From contig JAQGDQ010000861.1 of NCBI GenBank assembly GCA_030141605.1, forward strand, positions 22,988 through 86,987: a stretch of DNA of 64,000 nucleotides, given 5' to 3'. The notes under the pieces were generated by a model that did no database searches, had not been told where the DNA came from, and was given only the letters and a program-made list of their open reading frames with translations. Source of the DNA: Tubiluchus corallicola. Its lineage: Eukaryota > Animalia > Priapulida. Shown here in pieces: positions 14,269 through 55,931 of the stretch. The first letter of the stretch is position 1. Each line of letters begins with the position of its first letter. A program made the translations under genes and the position numbers.

Positions 14269-14637
14269 TTGTTTATTTGCCCATAGTAATTTAACGTGGA
14301 ATAGCTATGAGCTCCATCACTCGCAGTTCACCAGCAAAGAACAGCAAGTTTGGTCTAGCCACAAATGCAGCTCTGATACAGTTCAAGTTTAACTGGGATA
14401 GAGATACATATTATTATTAACACCCTATTCTTGTTTGTCAATAACGCCATTTGACGCCCGGCACGTTCTGTCAGAAAAAAACTTAGCCCCTTAGTCATTT
14501 GCGTCGTGACTGTTTCTAAGAAACTAGCATCGCGACTGATGAGATACGTGAACATTTGTGGTTCCGCTTCGGTAACGCGTGATCGCATCCGGTCCTGGTG
14601 CTATAGAATCAACTCGTGCTTTGCATTGTCCCGCGGT

Positions 14638-14648
14638 ATTATATATAT
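14638..14648 (+). promoter_or_regulatory. Candidate TATA-like box of the TEP gene
   Basis: TATATATAT about 90 bp upstream of the ATG at 14735, following a GC-richer stretch; positional inference only. Confidence 0.3.
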
Positions 14649-14734
14649 GCTTTATGTACAAGAGACACACTAAAATACTCTGTGGTTAAGAAGTCTGCAT
14701 GTTGTTTTATAAGTGACTGCTGGAATTGATAACT

Positions 14735-43693
<28,959 letters not shown>

Positions 43694-44064
43694 TGTGTGT
43701 CTAATTTACTTTGCTATCAATATACTACTTTTAATAATATTTATCAGCAAAAAGTAAAGCTTTGCTGAGAGTGATACATGTAATAAGTGATAAGGTAGCA
43801 TGAATTCTGCTTGTTATTAGGGTGCACTAATAAGCCTGAAACGTTATTGTGAGAGATTGTACACTTTCCTAAGAAACAGTGCAGGCTATAACAGCATCAC
43901 GTCTATAGACACTGGCATTACTATAAATACTGACATTATGAAATGGAAATATATCACCATCATGAAGTGCTTTTATAACTTTTACACTTCCTTACAATAC
44001 ATTGATGTACTTATATGGAACGATGAAAATTTAACTGTGTGAATATTGCAGTTACTGGAGTGGC

Positions 44065-44240
44065 AATAAATTAACATTAGTATTTTGGACTTAATTAAAT
44101 GGATTTAGTTTAATTTTTCTTACTTATTTGAAGGATTGAGATATTAAGTGAAAGTATTTAGATCTTGTATGTAATGTTAAGATTTTCTGTTAATTTTGAG
44201 GCATACTTGTTATAGTTGCTGCAAACATGCCGATAATAAA
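44065..44240 (+). terminator. Candidate polyadenylation signals of the TEP gene
   Basis: AATAAA at 44065-44070 and 44235-44240, downstream of the stop. Confidence 0.45.
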
Positions 44241-44739
44241 ATTTTCAAGAATACTGGTATTGTATAAATATACAGCATTTTCAGCCTAGACAATAGCTCC
44301 ACTTGATGGCATATAATTCTAGTTTTGAACGGAAGAATTTACTTAGAAACAGGAGCGAAATGCAGCATCCGATTTCCGAAGTGTGGATTTATTTCTTTTC
44401 TTAATCAATATCTATAGGCATAAACTGAATATAATTCCTGTAGAATTTTCACTCAGATTTTGTACAGAAGTAGTTGTCAAGGTAACACTGAAATTCCAGT
44501 AGCTAGTTGACTGATTTTTAAACTGTTTCTTCACAACCACATGGACTCAGAAGACGACGTGTAGTGCACAAAATCGCACAAATTCATCAAAAAAAGTTAA
44601 TTTGAACCTCTTAATGACGGCAACTTTGCAAATTGGTTTGATCTGCCAACTCCAGCAAAAAAACAAAAACACGCATACCAAGAAATTCTCTATGCAGTCT
44701 AATTTCACAGAGAAAAATTTGCTGATTTTGGAAGTATAG

Positions 44740-45111
44740 TGTTGTGCAGATCGCTGGCGTCTATTACAATTACATAGAACATTGTTGAATGTTCCGTTAT
44801 AATAATCGTCTTACCGTGTGGAATGTTCTGGAACAAAACCTCTAGAAGCTTCTTGGGCACGCTTTATAAGGCAAAGCAGGCTGCTGAGACGGGATCACAT
44901 GGATTTACACGGACGCCACTTACACATTCTCTTGTATACTTGTATTTTCAGATACACTCAAACGTTTTCCAGATTTTCACGTTTAGTGTAATCATTTCGT
45001 GTTCCTTCATACTTTTGTGTTGTAGAATTCTCGCTTAATAAACTAGTTTAATTTGACGAAGTGTTTTCTGGATTTTCTCTACGAGCCTTCCGAGAGAAAC
45101 AAAACACAACA
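44740..45111 (+). mobile_element. Solo LTR family 1, copy 4
   Basis: Same family; flanked by a 38-bp direct duplication. Confidence 0.8.
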
Positions 45112-46023
45112 ATTTCACAGAGAAAAATTTGCTGATTTTGGAAGTATAGTCTATATGCTCTTGATACCATTGGTCAGCTATTATATTAATCCTTTTTACC
45201 ATTTAACTATTGATGCGTCTGCATGCCTGTAGGTAGAAAAAAATGAACGAACTATATATCTTTCCTTAGTCAATTTCATTATTTGCACGACAATAAACTT
45301 ACATAAAGTGTGACCGAGATACGGTAAAAACAGTTTGTAGAAGTGTGCAGAGCAGTCAACAGTACTTATGTTTGATGTCGGTTTACCAGCTTTAAGCTCA
45401 TGTTTCTACAAATATGTACCGTTTATATCATACCGATGAAAATAAATATTATCTTATCTTATTCAACATAGTAGCTGACTTGATGACCAATTATTGGTCT
45501 TTCGCTACCCTTTCTCTTGCACACCTAACTCCTTCCCTTATGCGTAATTTATCCTGACTAATTGATAATTATTGCCTATTTGTATTCTGGTGTAAATAGA
45601 GATAAATAAAAAATGTCTGTCTATGATTATTCCCATACCTTTTCGGTATTCCATTGCTGCTTAGATGTACTGCTTACTCGTTTCAATTAAATACTGGTGA
45701 CATCCCCGCTTGTTACATTCCGTTTTGTTTTAGTTAACTTGACACATTCAAATAAATTTATGCTCTGTTTTATCTTGCTTCACATAATTGGCATTGTAGA
45801 TTAATTGACCTTGCAAATGTTATTGCGCAATTTTGATAAACATACCTTATTATTAACATACCTTTTTTGTAGTTTGCTTTGCCTTCCATCATATTTAATT
45901 GCACTTTCATTAATCAACACTAACGTTCCTTAAATCATATATGGAAATAAATAGGTTGAACAGCCTGGACAATGGACTGACATTGTTCTCTCTAGGTTAG
46001 CATTTGTATGTGAAGTGAATAGC

Positions 46024-46387
46024 TGTTGTGTTTTGTTTCTCTCGGAAGGCTCGTAGGGAAAACAAGAAAACACTTCATCAAATTAAACTAGTTTATTAAG
46101 CGAGAATTCTACAACACTAAAGTATGAAGGAACACGAAATGATTACAGTAAACGTGAAAATCTGCAAAACGTTTGAGTGTATCTGAAAATGCAAGTACAC
46201 AAGAGAAGTGGCGTCCGTGTGAATCAGCGTGTGTCTCTGTCAGCGGCCTGCTTCGCTTTATATAGGGTGCCAGGGAAGCTTCTAGAAGTTTTGTTCCAGA
46301 ACATTCCACACGGTAAGACGATTATTCTAACGGAACATTCTGCAATGTTCTATGTAATTCTAATAGCTGCCAGCGATCTCCACAACA
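46024..46387 (-). mobile_element. Solo LTR family 1, copy 5
   Basis: Reverse orientation; perfect 5-bp TSD ATAGC. Confidence 0.85.
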
Positions 46388-46405
46388 ATAGCTGAGAGTG
46401 TTTAG

Positions 46406-46460
46406 CCACCGAAGTTAAGCAATGTTGATCTGGTGGGCAAATGGATGAGTGACTATTGGA
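46406..46460 (+). pseudogene. 5S rRNA-derived (SINE3-like) fragment
   Basis: CACCGAAGTTAAGCAATGTTGATCTGGTGGGCAAATGGATGAGTGAC resembles the 5S internal control region (CCGAAGTTAAGCA...TGGATGGGTGACC). Confidence 0.4.
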
Positions 46461-47858
46461 TTGAATTCTCATTCCAAACAATTACTGAAACACTGACCAT
46501 GGGTATTACCTCATTGAGCGAGGATACATAACAACGTACCTGCCGTCTAATGTCTCACATTTAAGGATGACCCTTAACGAGACTCTTCAGCCTCGTCACA
46601 GTGCTCACGACTCAAGTACACTCTGCCATTGAATGCTTGCGGGTTATCAAACTATGAAAAAACATTTGCCTATGCTAATCCATCGATCTAGAAGTACCTA
46701 GAAATAGAAAGTTTGTATATCTCATTAAAATCATCTTTGATAAAAGAAAAAAAAACAAGAAAGGAAAACGAATTGTTTAATTAAACCAATTAGCTTGGCT
46801 TCCTAGCTACGCAATAGAAATTTATAAGCAGCATGTATAAATCACAAGATTAAAAAGTCATAATATTACCGCTCTTACAATTAGATTATGTTTATCAAAA
46901 TTGCGCAATAACATTTGCAAGGTCAATAAATTACTGGTTATATATTTAAAGTAAATGCCTAACTGTAAGCACTGAAATTTTCTTAACTAGTGAAAGATGC
47001 ATACTTGATATATATATTAGTACATTGTAATACATGAACGAGTGCACAGTTCACAAGAACTATATTTGCATACATATATGGCTTGCCGACATCCATACAC
47101 GCGCGCACGCACACAGTCACACAAACACATGCTTTTATTTAGATACACAGCATACATGTGTCCAGATGTTCTCATATATACACTTATAACACTACATACA
47201 TACCTGTACACCCACGCATCCAAAACACAAGTGCTTGTTACATACGAATATGCACACTGTATGTATGTTGTATGTGCTGTATATGTACATGTTGTATACA
47301 TGTTATATATGAGCACAAAACATGCGCAGCACATTTTAGTGCCTCATGCACGCATTATGTTTAATGTGCATAATTAACAATATTAATTACATAGCATTAC
47401 AAAGAAATAAATCAATATTTGGTATAGCATGAAGCGCCACTCGTGAATCTCTAACACAGTACAAATTATATCAAATCAGTATTAACTGTACGCAATGTCA
47501 AACACAAACTAGATAAACTAGTAATCTACCAAATCAGATGTTAAGGATAAGAAAGCTATCAAAATCATCACAGCTGTAATATACTGGACAAAATAATTTG
47601 TGGAAAATTGTTTAGAAACGTTTTCAGCATAAAATTAAACTGTTAAACGATATACGATGTAGTAGATACAATATTACGCAGCGATGAATCCCATTTCCGT
47701 TCAGCCAGGCACGGCGGTAGTAGACTCAAAGCGTGTGTAACACAGGTGAGAGAGCAGATCTAGGTCGTCCTTGAGCCTGCTCCATGTGACGTTCGTTGGC
47801 ACCCTTGATCTCTTCTCCTGTCCTCCAGGTGTACTGACAACAGCTCAACAATAAAGGA

Positions 47859-48398
47859 TGAAATGGATGCAAAACACCAGTTTAACGTGTTGACCAAAAG
47901 TTTCTTTATTCTGAAATACAATTATTAACATTTAGTTTAACTTGCATTGAATAGAAGAAAATTAGTTGCATGATTAAATGTATTGCTACAAGTAAGAACT
48001 GATATAAAAATTATGTAAACTATATTGAAATTAATTAACAATAACTTACGTTGTTAGAGGCCTTAACAGTTACAAAAGACAGGAATGAGAACTCCAAGTT
48101 GCCTTAAGAACAACAATAAATTCGTAAGAAATTTACAGTCATAATGCTCATCACAGACAGAAAAATAGAGCAATGGCGGAGAGAACCAAAAGACGGGTAA
48201 AATGTTATACAACTACTACAGCTATAGCTCACGAAAGGCCAAAATGCTAATGTATTCAAGGATATTAGGTGCTTCAATTTTAAAAGAGTGACTACTGTAA
48301 AATGTAAAAAGCCTACTAAATAAACAAACAGGTGGCAGCACCATGACAGTAATTGAGAACTAAATTAAAACCAAAAAAGGGCCCATGCACCCACTACA
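47859..48398 (-). mobile_element. Dispersed ~540-bp repeat, LTR-like (family 3), copy 2
   Basis: Highly similar to 24313-24863. Confidence 0.65.
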
Positions 48399-48789
48399 GT
48401 AGACCTTCGCTAACTAAACAAAAGTGTAAATTACTTTGTAATGTCAATAAGTTTAAAAATGAGTATTTTTTTGGTGAATTAGTGTTGCACACTGGGAAGG
48501 TGAGTCAGTGACGTTTTTTATAGTTGGCACGAACAGTTTAAATTATTAAGAATTTTCTTTATACGTTACATAAATCCTTCAAACAGGTTAACACAATGCA
48601 AAGTAACATAACATTGAGTAAAAACTTCTTTGGGCCATAGTCTAAAAGTGCCTCCTCCTTTTATGTAGTTAAATCTTATAATGGTAAGTCTTAAATGAAA
48701 CATTTAAGTAAACTTTTTGCACAAAAGGTGCAAAGGCTCTTTGTAGAAACATTTCTGCTTGTCAGTTGGTGTTTGTGTGTGCTGTATTA

Positions 48790-49166
48790 AGCCTTTTCAC
48801 AGTTCCAGCGATTAATGATGATGATCGTGAAAAGGTCAAAGGTTAAGTGTACCAGACAACACATTTGTGCACACTTGACAAAGCGTCGCAGCCCACGCTG
48901 TTGTAATAGTAACAGTTTTAACGTCTAAGTAGAACCCTAGCTAGTTCATTTTTTGTTGTTTCCAAGTAAGATCTTGCTAGTAAATCATTCTCCACACAGA
49001 CTAGTGTATAATAAAGTAAAGCCAGCAGAAAACAACTGAATTTACTGAACTGATGCGGCATACGGCTTTGTCTTACACACACGTCACGTGACGGTTGTAG
49101 TTAAGACGCGCTGCTGTGGTACACTTAAGCAACTGCGCATGCGCACAACTAAACCGTGAAAAGGCT
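48790..49166. mobile_element. MITE; related inverted partial copy at ~8586-8830
   Basis: TIR AGCCTTTTCACAGTT / AACCGTGAAAAGGCT, TA flanks; internal similarity to 8586-8830. Confidence 0.55.
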
Positions 49167-50271
49167 TATTATAGGGTGCATGGAGAAAGCAATTCAGCAT
49201 TTTTAGATAACACATACGTATAAATTATTACTCCCTGTTACTCCCTTTCCACTTTAAAAAACCGTCATAAAAGAAATATTTCAAAAGTATTGAGAGTAAC
49301 ACAGTTTGATAATGGTAATTACCTGCATTCCTTTTCCACAGTAATCTTAATATAACGTGACTACGCTCAACAGGTTATTGACACTTTATAACATGATCAC
49401 AGTTTTTCTTAGTTCTCGCTCCATTTCATCTTTCACTCGCCCCCCACTTTTATGTATATATTATCATTATTTCAATTATTAATCACTACTTTAAGATTTC
49501 CACGTACAGTTTGGCCTGTCAAGCTATGCTTTTAGGCTCAAACTGTATGCGTCAAAATTATTCTGTAATGTAATTTGCACATGTATATGCTGCATTTTGT
49601 AATTTCTGGATAATAATGCATTTATATTTATATTTACTTCAGTGAAATTATCTGTATTTTTATTATAACTGTTAGATGCAGAGTGGAAATAAATAAACTT
49701 ATACACGGACTACAGTATAACAAACTCGCTGCAGACGACAAGCTTTGCCAAAAATATCGCCAGTAGATCTCTCGTTAGCAACACGTCAAACAGACAGTTG
49801 AATGTTTTGCCCAGTGTTTGAATAACCTTTCTGAATTGTGCGCCTTGCATTTAATGTAAATGTGGGAGTTACAATGAGTATAGATACCGTTCTGTCGCCG
49901 TGGGTTTATCAGCGCAATACAAAAGGCGAGATGAAGCTACGATGAAAGCAAATTTTCGCCATCATTGTCAGCATCAATACTCGCCTTTACAAACGCCGCC
50001 AGCCACTGCCGCCAAGCAACGTGTTGCGCAGAAACTGAAAGAAGCCATTGGCTATAGGTGCAGAGACAAAAGGATGTGAGCGCACACGATACGAAAAAGT
50101 TTGAAAGCGTGGCTTCATCGTGACGTGGTAGTAATTAACGCGACGTACCTGAATACTAATCACAGAAAAGTTGTTTAAAAGTTTAACAAGGCAGGGAAAG
50201 TAGGAGGACGCGTTTTAATAGAGACTGTGACAGATTTTAGTAGAATTTCGACGTTTAGTAGACACACGAAA

Positions 50272-50365
50272 ATGGAAATTTCAACAGTTTGGCGCTACGC
50301 AAAAAGGAATCAATTCGTGTTATTTGCAGCTTTGTTCACAGTTATTCTCACAGTACAAGCTAAAC
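50272..50365 (+). CDS. Probable first coding exon (signal peptide) of another secreted/membrane protein gene
   Basis: MEISTVWRYAKRNQFVLFAALFTVILTVQA-K with a V-Q-A cleavage motif, AAAATGG start context, GTAAGT donor; GC-richer upstream region with ATTGG and TGACGT. Confidence 0.6.
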
Positions 50366-50522
50366 GTAAGTACAATATTTTATATGGTTTATCACCATCA
50401 ATGTATTCATCTAAAATATTTTAATTTTTAGTTTTATTTATTCGGTCAACAAGGATCATTTACTTTTGATAAAGTGCAGTCATGTAACATTCATTAATTG
50501 ATAATGAGAATATAAAGACGAT

Positions 50523-50820
50523 TATATCATATATATATATATATTCATATTCATATTCATATTCATATTCATATTCATATTCATATTCATATTCATATTC
50601 ATATTCATATTCATATTCATATTCATATTCATATTCATATTCATATTCATATTCATATTCATATTCATATTCATATTCATATTCGTATTCATATTCGTAA
50701 TCATATTCGTACTCATATTCACATTCGAATTCCTATTCATATTCATACCCATATTATATATATATATATATATTCATATTCACGTTTATATTCACATTCA
50801 TATTCATATTCATATTCACA
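50523..50820. repeat. (ATATTC)n microsatellite
   Basis: Direct reading. Confidence 0.97.
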
Positions 50821-52127
50821 TTTATTAGTACCAGAAATACATACAATACAAAAAAGCAAGACATACGTACAATTTCAATTTTGAAACATAGTGACACAAA
50901 CAAAACAATTATTAATGAAACATATATTATTAAATCTTCCTGGTAGAGTCATTTTAATTACTTAAGTGAAGAGTTTAACGATTAGTATTTAAAATAGATT
51001 GTCACTCATCTGGCCTCATTTTCAATGATATGATCATAACATAGTATATTGTTCATCATAAAAACGCTTTTTGAACATAATCAATAAATGCTTTAATTAC
51101 TTATAAAATCATTACTTCCCACCAGGAATAAAAATTTATCAGCATCGCAGGGCATTTTATGACAAAGTTTAATTCGTCTTTAATTTCGTTTCTTAAACAA
51201 TATGTGCATATGCGATTCTCAGCCGGGATTTTTCCAGGTTTAACGCACCTCCCTCTTCAATACACAAAGTATGTAATGTAACAAAGTGTTAGTTTGAAGC
51301 CCTTGTCGAGTGAAGCCACAGCCTTAATTACAAAGACTCTTACACCCTTAATTACTTTGACGATTTAATTTATTATGTCATGAGGTTGTCGCTTTCACCC
51401 ATCCAGTGACAAGTTGGAGTCAATATGTGGATTTCCACCTTTAGAGATCATATGGAAATCTTAACAACGTAATTCATCTTAAAAACTTTGTCAAAGCCGT
51501 GATTCAATAAAATTAAATTCGATTACATGAAGCATCAGTCCGATAACTCAAAACAGGAACTTTTTACGTTTGACGTTAAAGGTGGCTAATGAATTTGTGA
51601 GAATTAGTGATGATTTACGAGATTTCCCCCTTAGCTGTCGTTAACCGTAGTAAAAATGATAATGACAATTATATATTAGCAGTATGGAAATGTAAGTCTT
51701 GCAGCAGATACCTTTGTGTACGGGACGAAGTTTCACAGGGGGGGGGGGTAGGAATTTGCCCTCAAAATATTCTAAATTGCCCGAGTGTGAGTGATTTTGA
51801 AATAAGTGAAAACAATGAGCCACATAATTATATATGGTATATAGACTGGCAAAAGTGTCTACAACAAAGTATTTACTTACATATAGGTCTATAATGCTTA
51901 TGCTTATACATACATATTTATACATATACATATTAAATGTATATACATATACATATACGTATTACACATATACATATTTATATGTATTTTATTCAATATA
52001 ACATACAGAGAGTGTCAGAAAATGAGAACCACGCTGTACATAAAAGCAATTGCAAGTATTTTTGAGGTAAACCTATTTCTTAATATTTTAATTATTATAG
52101 TATTTTGTAAATAAAGTATTATAGTAA

Positions 52128-52371
52128 ATAAAAAATTTAAGAAATTTAACGAACTTTAAAAACACATTAAAAAAAGTAATGAAACTACGAAAGCGTATTA
52201 GGGCCATGATGTCCGCTTATAAAAAATTTGTTTACAGATGGATTTTTTGCAATTGGATGGCAAAAAATTCCTTGTTTTTATAATCGAATTAATGGCCCTA
52301 ATACGCTTTCGTAGTTTCATTACTTTTTTTAATGTGTTTTTAAAGTTCGTTAAATTTCTTAAATTTTTTAT
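52128..52371. repeat. Perfect 80-bp inverted repeat with 84-bp spacer
   Basis: 52128-52207 is the reverse complement of 52292-52371. Confidence 0.92.
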
Positions 52372-52699
52372 AGACATGCAAATTTTCTATAAGTTTGTCC
52401 GTTCGTGATGGACATGTATTTAAAAAGTGTATATTAAAATTAATATTGAAATTAAAATTGATAGCAGGCACTGATGTTAACTTTGAAATTTTTAAAAGTT
52501 TAAAACAATTCGTCGTACAAGAAACACTTTAACTGCATTTTACTAATTTGTATTGTACCTCGTTGCACAGCGGCTGTTTTGTATTGCAATGCACTCTATA
52601 ATTTGTATCGTACTGAACTGCGCTGTTGGACCTTATAATGGACCATTACACTTCTATTGGTAATGGGTTATAATGTGTCGCAAATTTGTCTCGTTGTGT

Positions 52700-53385
52700 A
52701 TATTGTATCGTTTTGTATTTTATCATGTTGAATTGCTTTGCGTTGTGTTTTATTGTGTTGTATTGTTTTGTGCTGTACTGTGTTGTATTGTATTGTGTTG
52801 CGTTGTGTTGTATTTTGTCGTGTCGCATCACATTGCATTGCGTTATAATGTATTGTATTGTGTTGTGTTGTGTTGTGTTGTGTTGTGTTGTGTTGTGTTG
52901 TGTTGTATTGTATTGTATTGTATTGTATTGTATTGTATTGTATTGTATTGTATTGTATTGTATTGTATTGTATTGTATTGTATTGTATTGTATTGTATTG
53001 TATTGTATTGTATTGTATTGTATTGTATTGTATTGTATTGTATTGTATTGTATTGTATTGTATTGTATTGTATTGCATTGCATTGCATTGCATTGCATTG
53101 CATTGCATTGCATTGCATTGTATTGTATTGTATTGTATTGTATTGTATTGTATTGCATTGCGTTATATTGTATTGCGTTATATTGTATTGTATTGTATCG
53201 TATTGCATTGTATTGTATTGTATTGTATCGTATCGTATCGTATCGTATCGTATCGTATCGTATCGTATCGTATCGTATCGTATCGTATCGTATCGTGTCG
53301 TGTCGTGTCGTGTCGTGTCGTGTCGTGTCGTGTCGTGTCGTGTCGTGTCGTGTCGCATTGCATCGTATCCTATTGTGTTGTGCAA
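52700..53385. repeat. Pentanucleotide satellite (TGTGT/TGTAT/TGCAT/CGTAT/CGTGT blocks)
   Basis: Direct reading. Confidence 0.97.
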
Positions 53386-53919
53386 TTTGGATACAAGTTT
53401 TTGTGTGTAATTTTTCCTGTTTCTTAAAAAATACGAACAAAACTCTCAAAACAGGAGACCCAAAATATTGCAATTGGGGCGGGGCCTAAATTAACAAGCG
53501 TGCCTTAATACAACAGTGGATGGCTTCAGCCTATACATTCAACATGGTACATGTTTAAAAAATTTCAAATGTAATAAACAAAGCTGAGTTTTTTTGCCAT
53601 GAGAAAATGGTTTAGTTCGTAGAAAATATTTCCATGAAATACTGTATTCTAGGCTCGCCAGTCGATCTCGTTCTTTTGTTTAGTGTGGCGTTAATATGAA
53701 ATACAGGATTAGTATAAATACGTATTCAAATTGTCTGATCTTTTGTTTGGATTCCAGGCTTACGTAATCGACAAAATAATTATTATGCTTCGTCTAACGT
53801 ACAACTTGCGTTTTGCTCTGGTTTGTCTTTCTAGATAGATAGTAGAATAATCACACAGCACAACAAAGATGAATTTAGCTATGTTGCTAACTGTAAAATA
53901 GTCCAATGCATACATGACT

Positions 53920-54335
53920 TTATATTACGTGCTGAACGCTTCCAGTAGTTTCTATCTGATATAAAATGCATCAGTCTTAAATTATCGTACATTAATATTT
54001 TCTAACCGTCATTTTCTACTAATGTCTAATGTAGTCTTGTAGTAAAACTTGTCAGCTTGTGTAGTTATAGTCTATTCTTACTGTAAATGTTACTAATGTT
54101 TAATGTAATCTTGTAGTAAAACTTGTCAGCTTGTGTAGTTATAGTCTATTCTTACTGTAAATGTTACTAATGTCTAATGTGATCTTGTAGTAAAACTTGT
54201 CAGCTTGTGTAGTTATAGTCCATTCTTACTCTAAATGTTCTTATAAATAGTGTATAAAGTCTGTCGTGGTGAGGATCCTAAATCATGTTGTTCAAACTGT
54301 CTGATCCAATCCTAAATAAATTATGTTTAAACTAA
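53920..54335 (+). mobile_element. CR1-like LINE 3' end with ~3 copies of a 74-bp unit
   Basis: Reverse complement of the 32.2-kb and 59.6-kb copies. Confidence 0.8.
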
Positions 54336-54648
54336 TAATCATTCCTAACTGAACAGCATCTTTTGCGTTCATAACTTAACGTTTTCGGCTTTGCCTCGTT
54401 TCTGCAGCTCAAATCAATTTATACACAGAAGTGATCGAAGTACGATTCATAAAATAAATTCGTAATTGAAACGGGAAATAATGCGAGGTAACGACCCCTA
54501 TGAAATGGCAACGCTACCAAATTATAGGCCTACAGTATGCAGTTTAATTTACCAAGCAAGCGGGAATGCGTGGGAGGGAAATTAAACGAATTGACTCTGA
54601 ACTGTGAAGAGAAATGAATGGCGGCCATCCTTGGTCACAGTAGCGACT

Positions 54649-55782
54649 TTAAAGGAAGACAGGATGATTTTTGATGTAGCCCATTTTCAAGTCCGATAAA
54701 AAGTATACATTTTGACATCAGTAATACTGCAAGAGAGCTTCTGATAATTAAATAATAGATTAAAATCTTGATTAATGGCGGGCGAGCCCAACTGCTGGTG
54801 ACGTCACAAACTAACACAATTTTCAACAGCAAAAACATTCCACGAGCGTGTTGCACGTGTTTGCGAGAGGGAAAATTGAAGTACAGTGCTACTGTAAGAC
54901 ATTCAGTGTGTTGTACTAAAATTTTAAGTAAAATAGACAAGTTTTAAGATAAAAATTCAAATTTCAAGTTTACCATTGTGCTCACGCACGAGCTGTCGAA
55001 CACGTGCAGTTCTTGACAAACTAACACATCTGAACTGAGGGGTACAGCACCTGATTTTTGTGCACAGCGTTTTCGAAATGCTGGGGCTAGTGCCAGTCTA
55101 ACTAGCGAATGGCAAAACGCATGTAACAGCGAAGAACTAGTGGCGCGAACGCGAAATTGTGTTTGTGTGGTAATAATTCTTTCAGGTAAGTCATTTTTAA
55201 AAAAATAATTCTATTTCCTTTCAATATTTTAAAGAGTAGATTGTTTTGATATACAGTTCAAAGATTCGGTCCAGTTTTGCTACAAGTTACTTAACATGGT
55301 GGATTTATTTTACTCTTAAACTTAGAAAAATATACGAAGAATTTTGCAAAAAATTGTAAATAAAGCATAAAAATAATTTATGCTACCGCTGTATAGAAAT
55401 TTTCTGGCGCTGTGGTAGATGCCATTCACTTGAAAGACGTGACGTAATTGGTGGACATCTTGGCTTTCCGTAAACGTGCGCTACTTAAACTAATTCAAAC
55501 TTCTGCAGCTTACCCAATGTTTATGCAAAAATATCACAAAATTGGCTATCCATTTTTTCTTTGTAAAAACTTGTTATGTTTCCGACGGAAACTGACACTG
55601 CGCTGCTTTTCTTCAGTCGATGAATGACGTCATTGGTGGGAAGAATGAGCCTTTCAAAATGGGAGCGCTCAAGCGTGAAATGGTCGGGAATTTAAAGTAA
55701 TTGTACTAGTTACACGAGGCGCTTATTTCTAAATGCTTCTAATATTTTTTCGCGAATACAGAAGGCTTGACTTTTCCTTTAA
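54649..55782. mobile_element. Possible Kolobok-like element; part recurs at ~62150-62340
   Basis: TTAA|AGGAA ... TTCCT|TTAA; 55085-55290 is similar to 62185-62340. Confidence 0.4.
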
Positions 55783-55931
55783 GTGCATTTTATAGCAGAT
55801 TATTAGGACTTTTCTTTGTAAAATTTTCTGCTTAAGTTCTTATGATGTTTCTCTTTACAACTTAGCCACAGAATGTGGTTTTTGACAAGCATATGAGTTG
55901 CAGGTTATTCATTGTAAATAATTTTAGTGTT

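Larger units (their letters stand above)
45805..46926. mobile_element. PIF/Harbinger-like non-autonomous element with nested insertions
   Basis: Perfect 40-bp TIR TTGACCTTGCAAATGTTATTGCGCAATTTTGATAAACATA; TAA directly flanks both ends. Confidence 0.65.

Noticed and set aside
52646-53489. YNTIQ/CIVLY repeat ORFs
   Set aside because: Pentanucleotide microsatellite.
54378-54408. Penelope/hammerhead-like GGC-AAA-GCC-GAAAACG on the minus strand (similar words at ~17615 and ~40130)
   Set aside because: The CUGAnGA core and/or stem pairing is missing; too degenerate to call.
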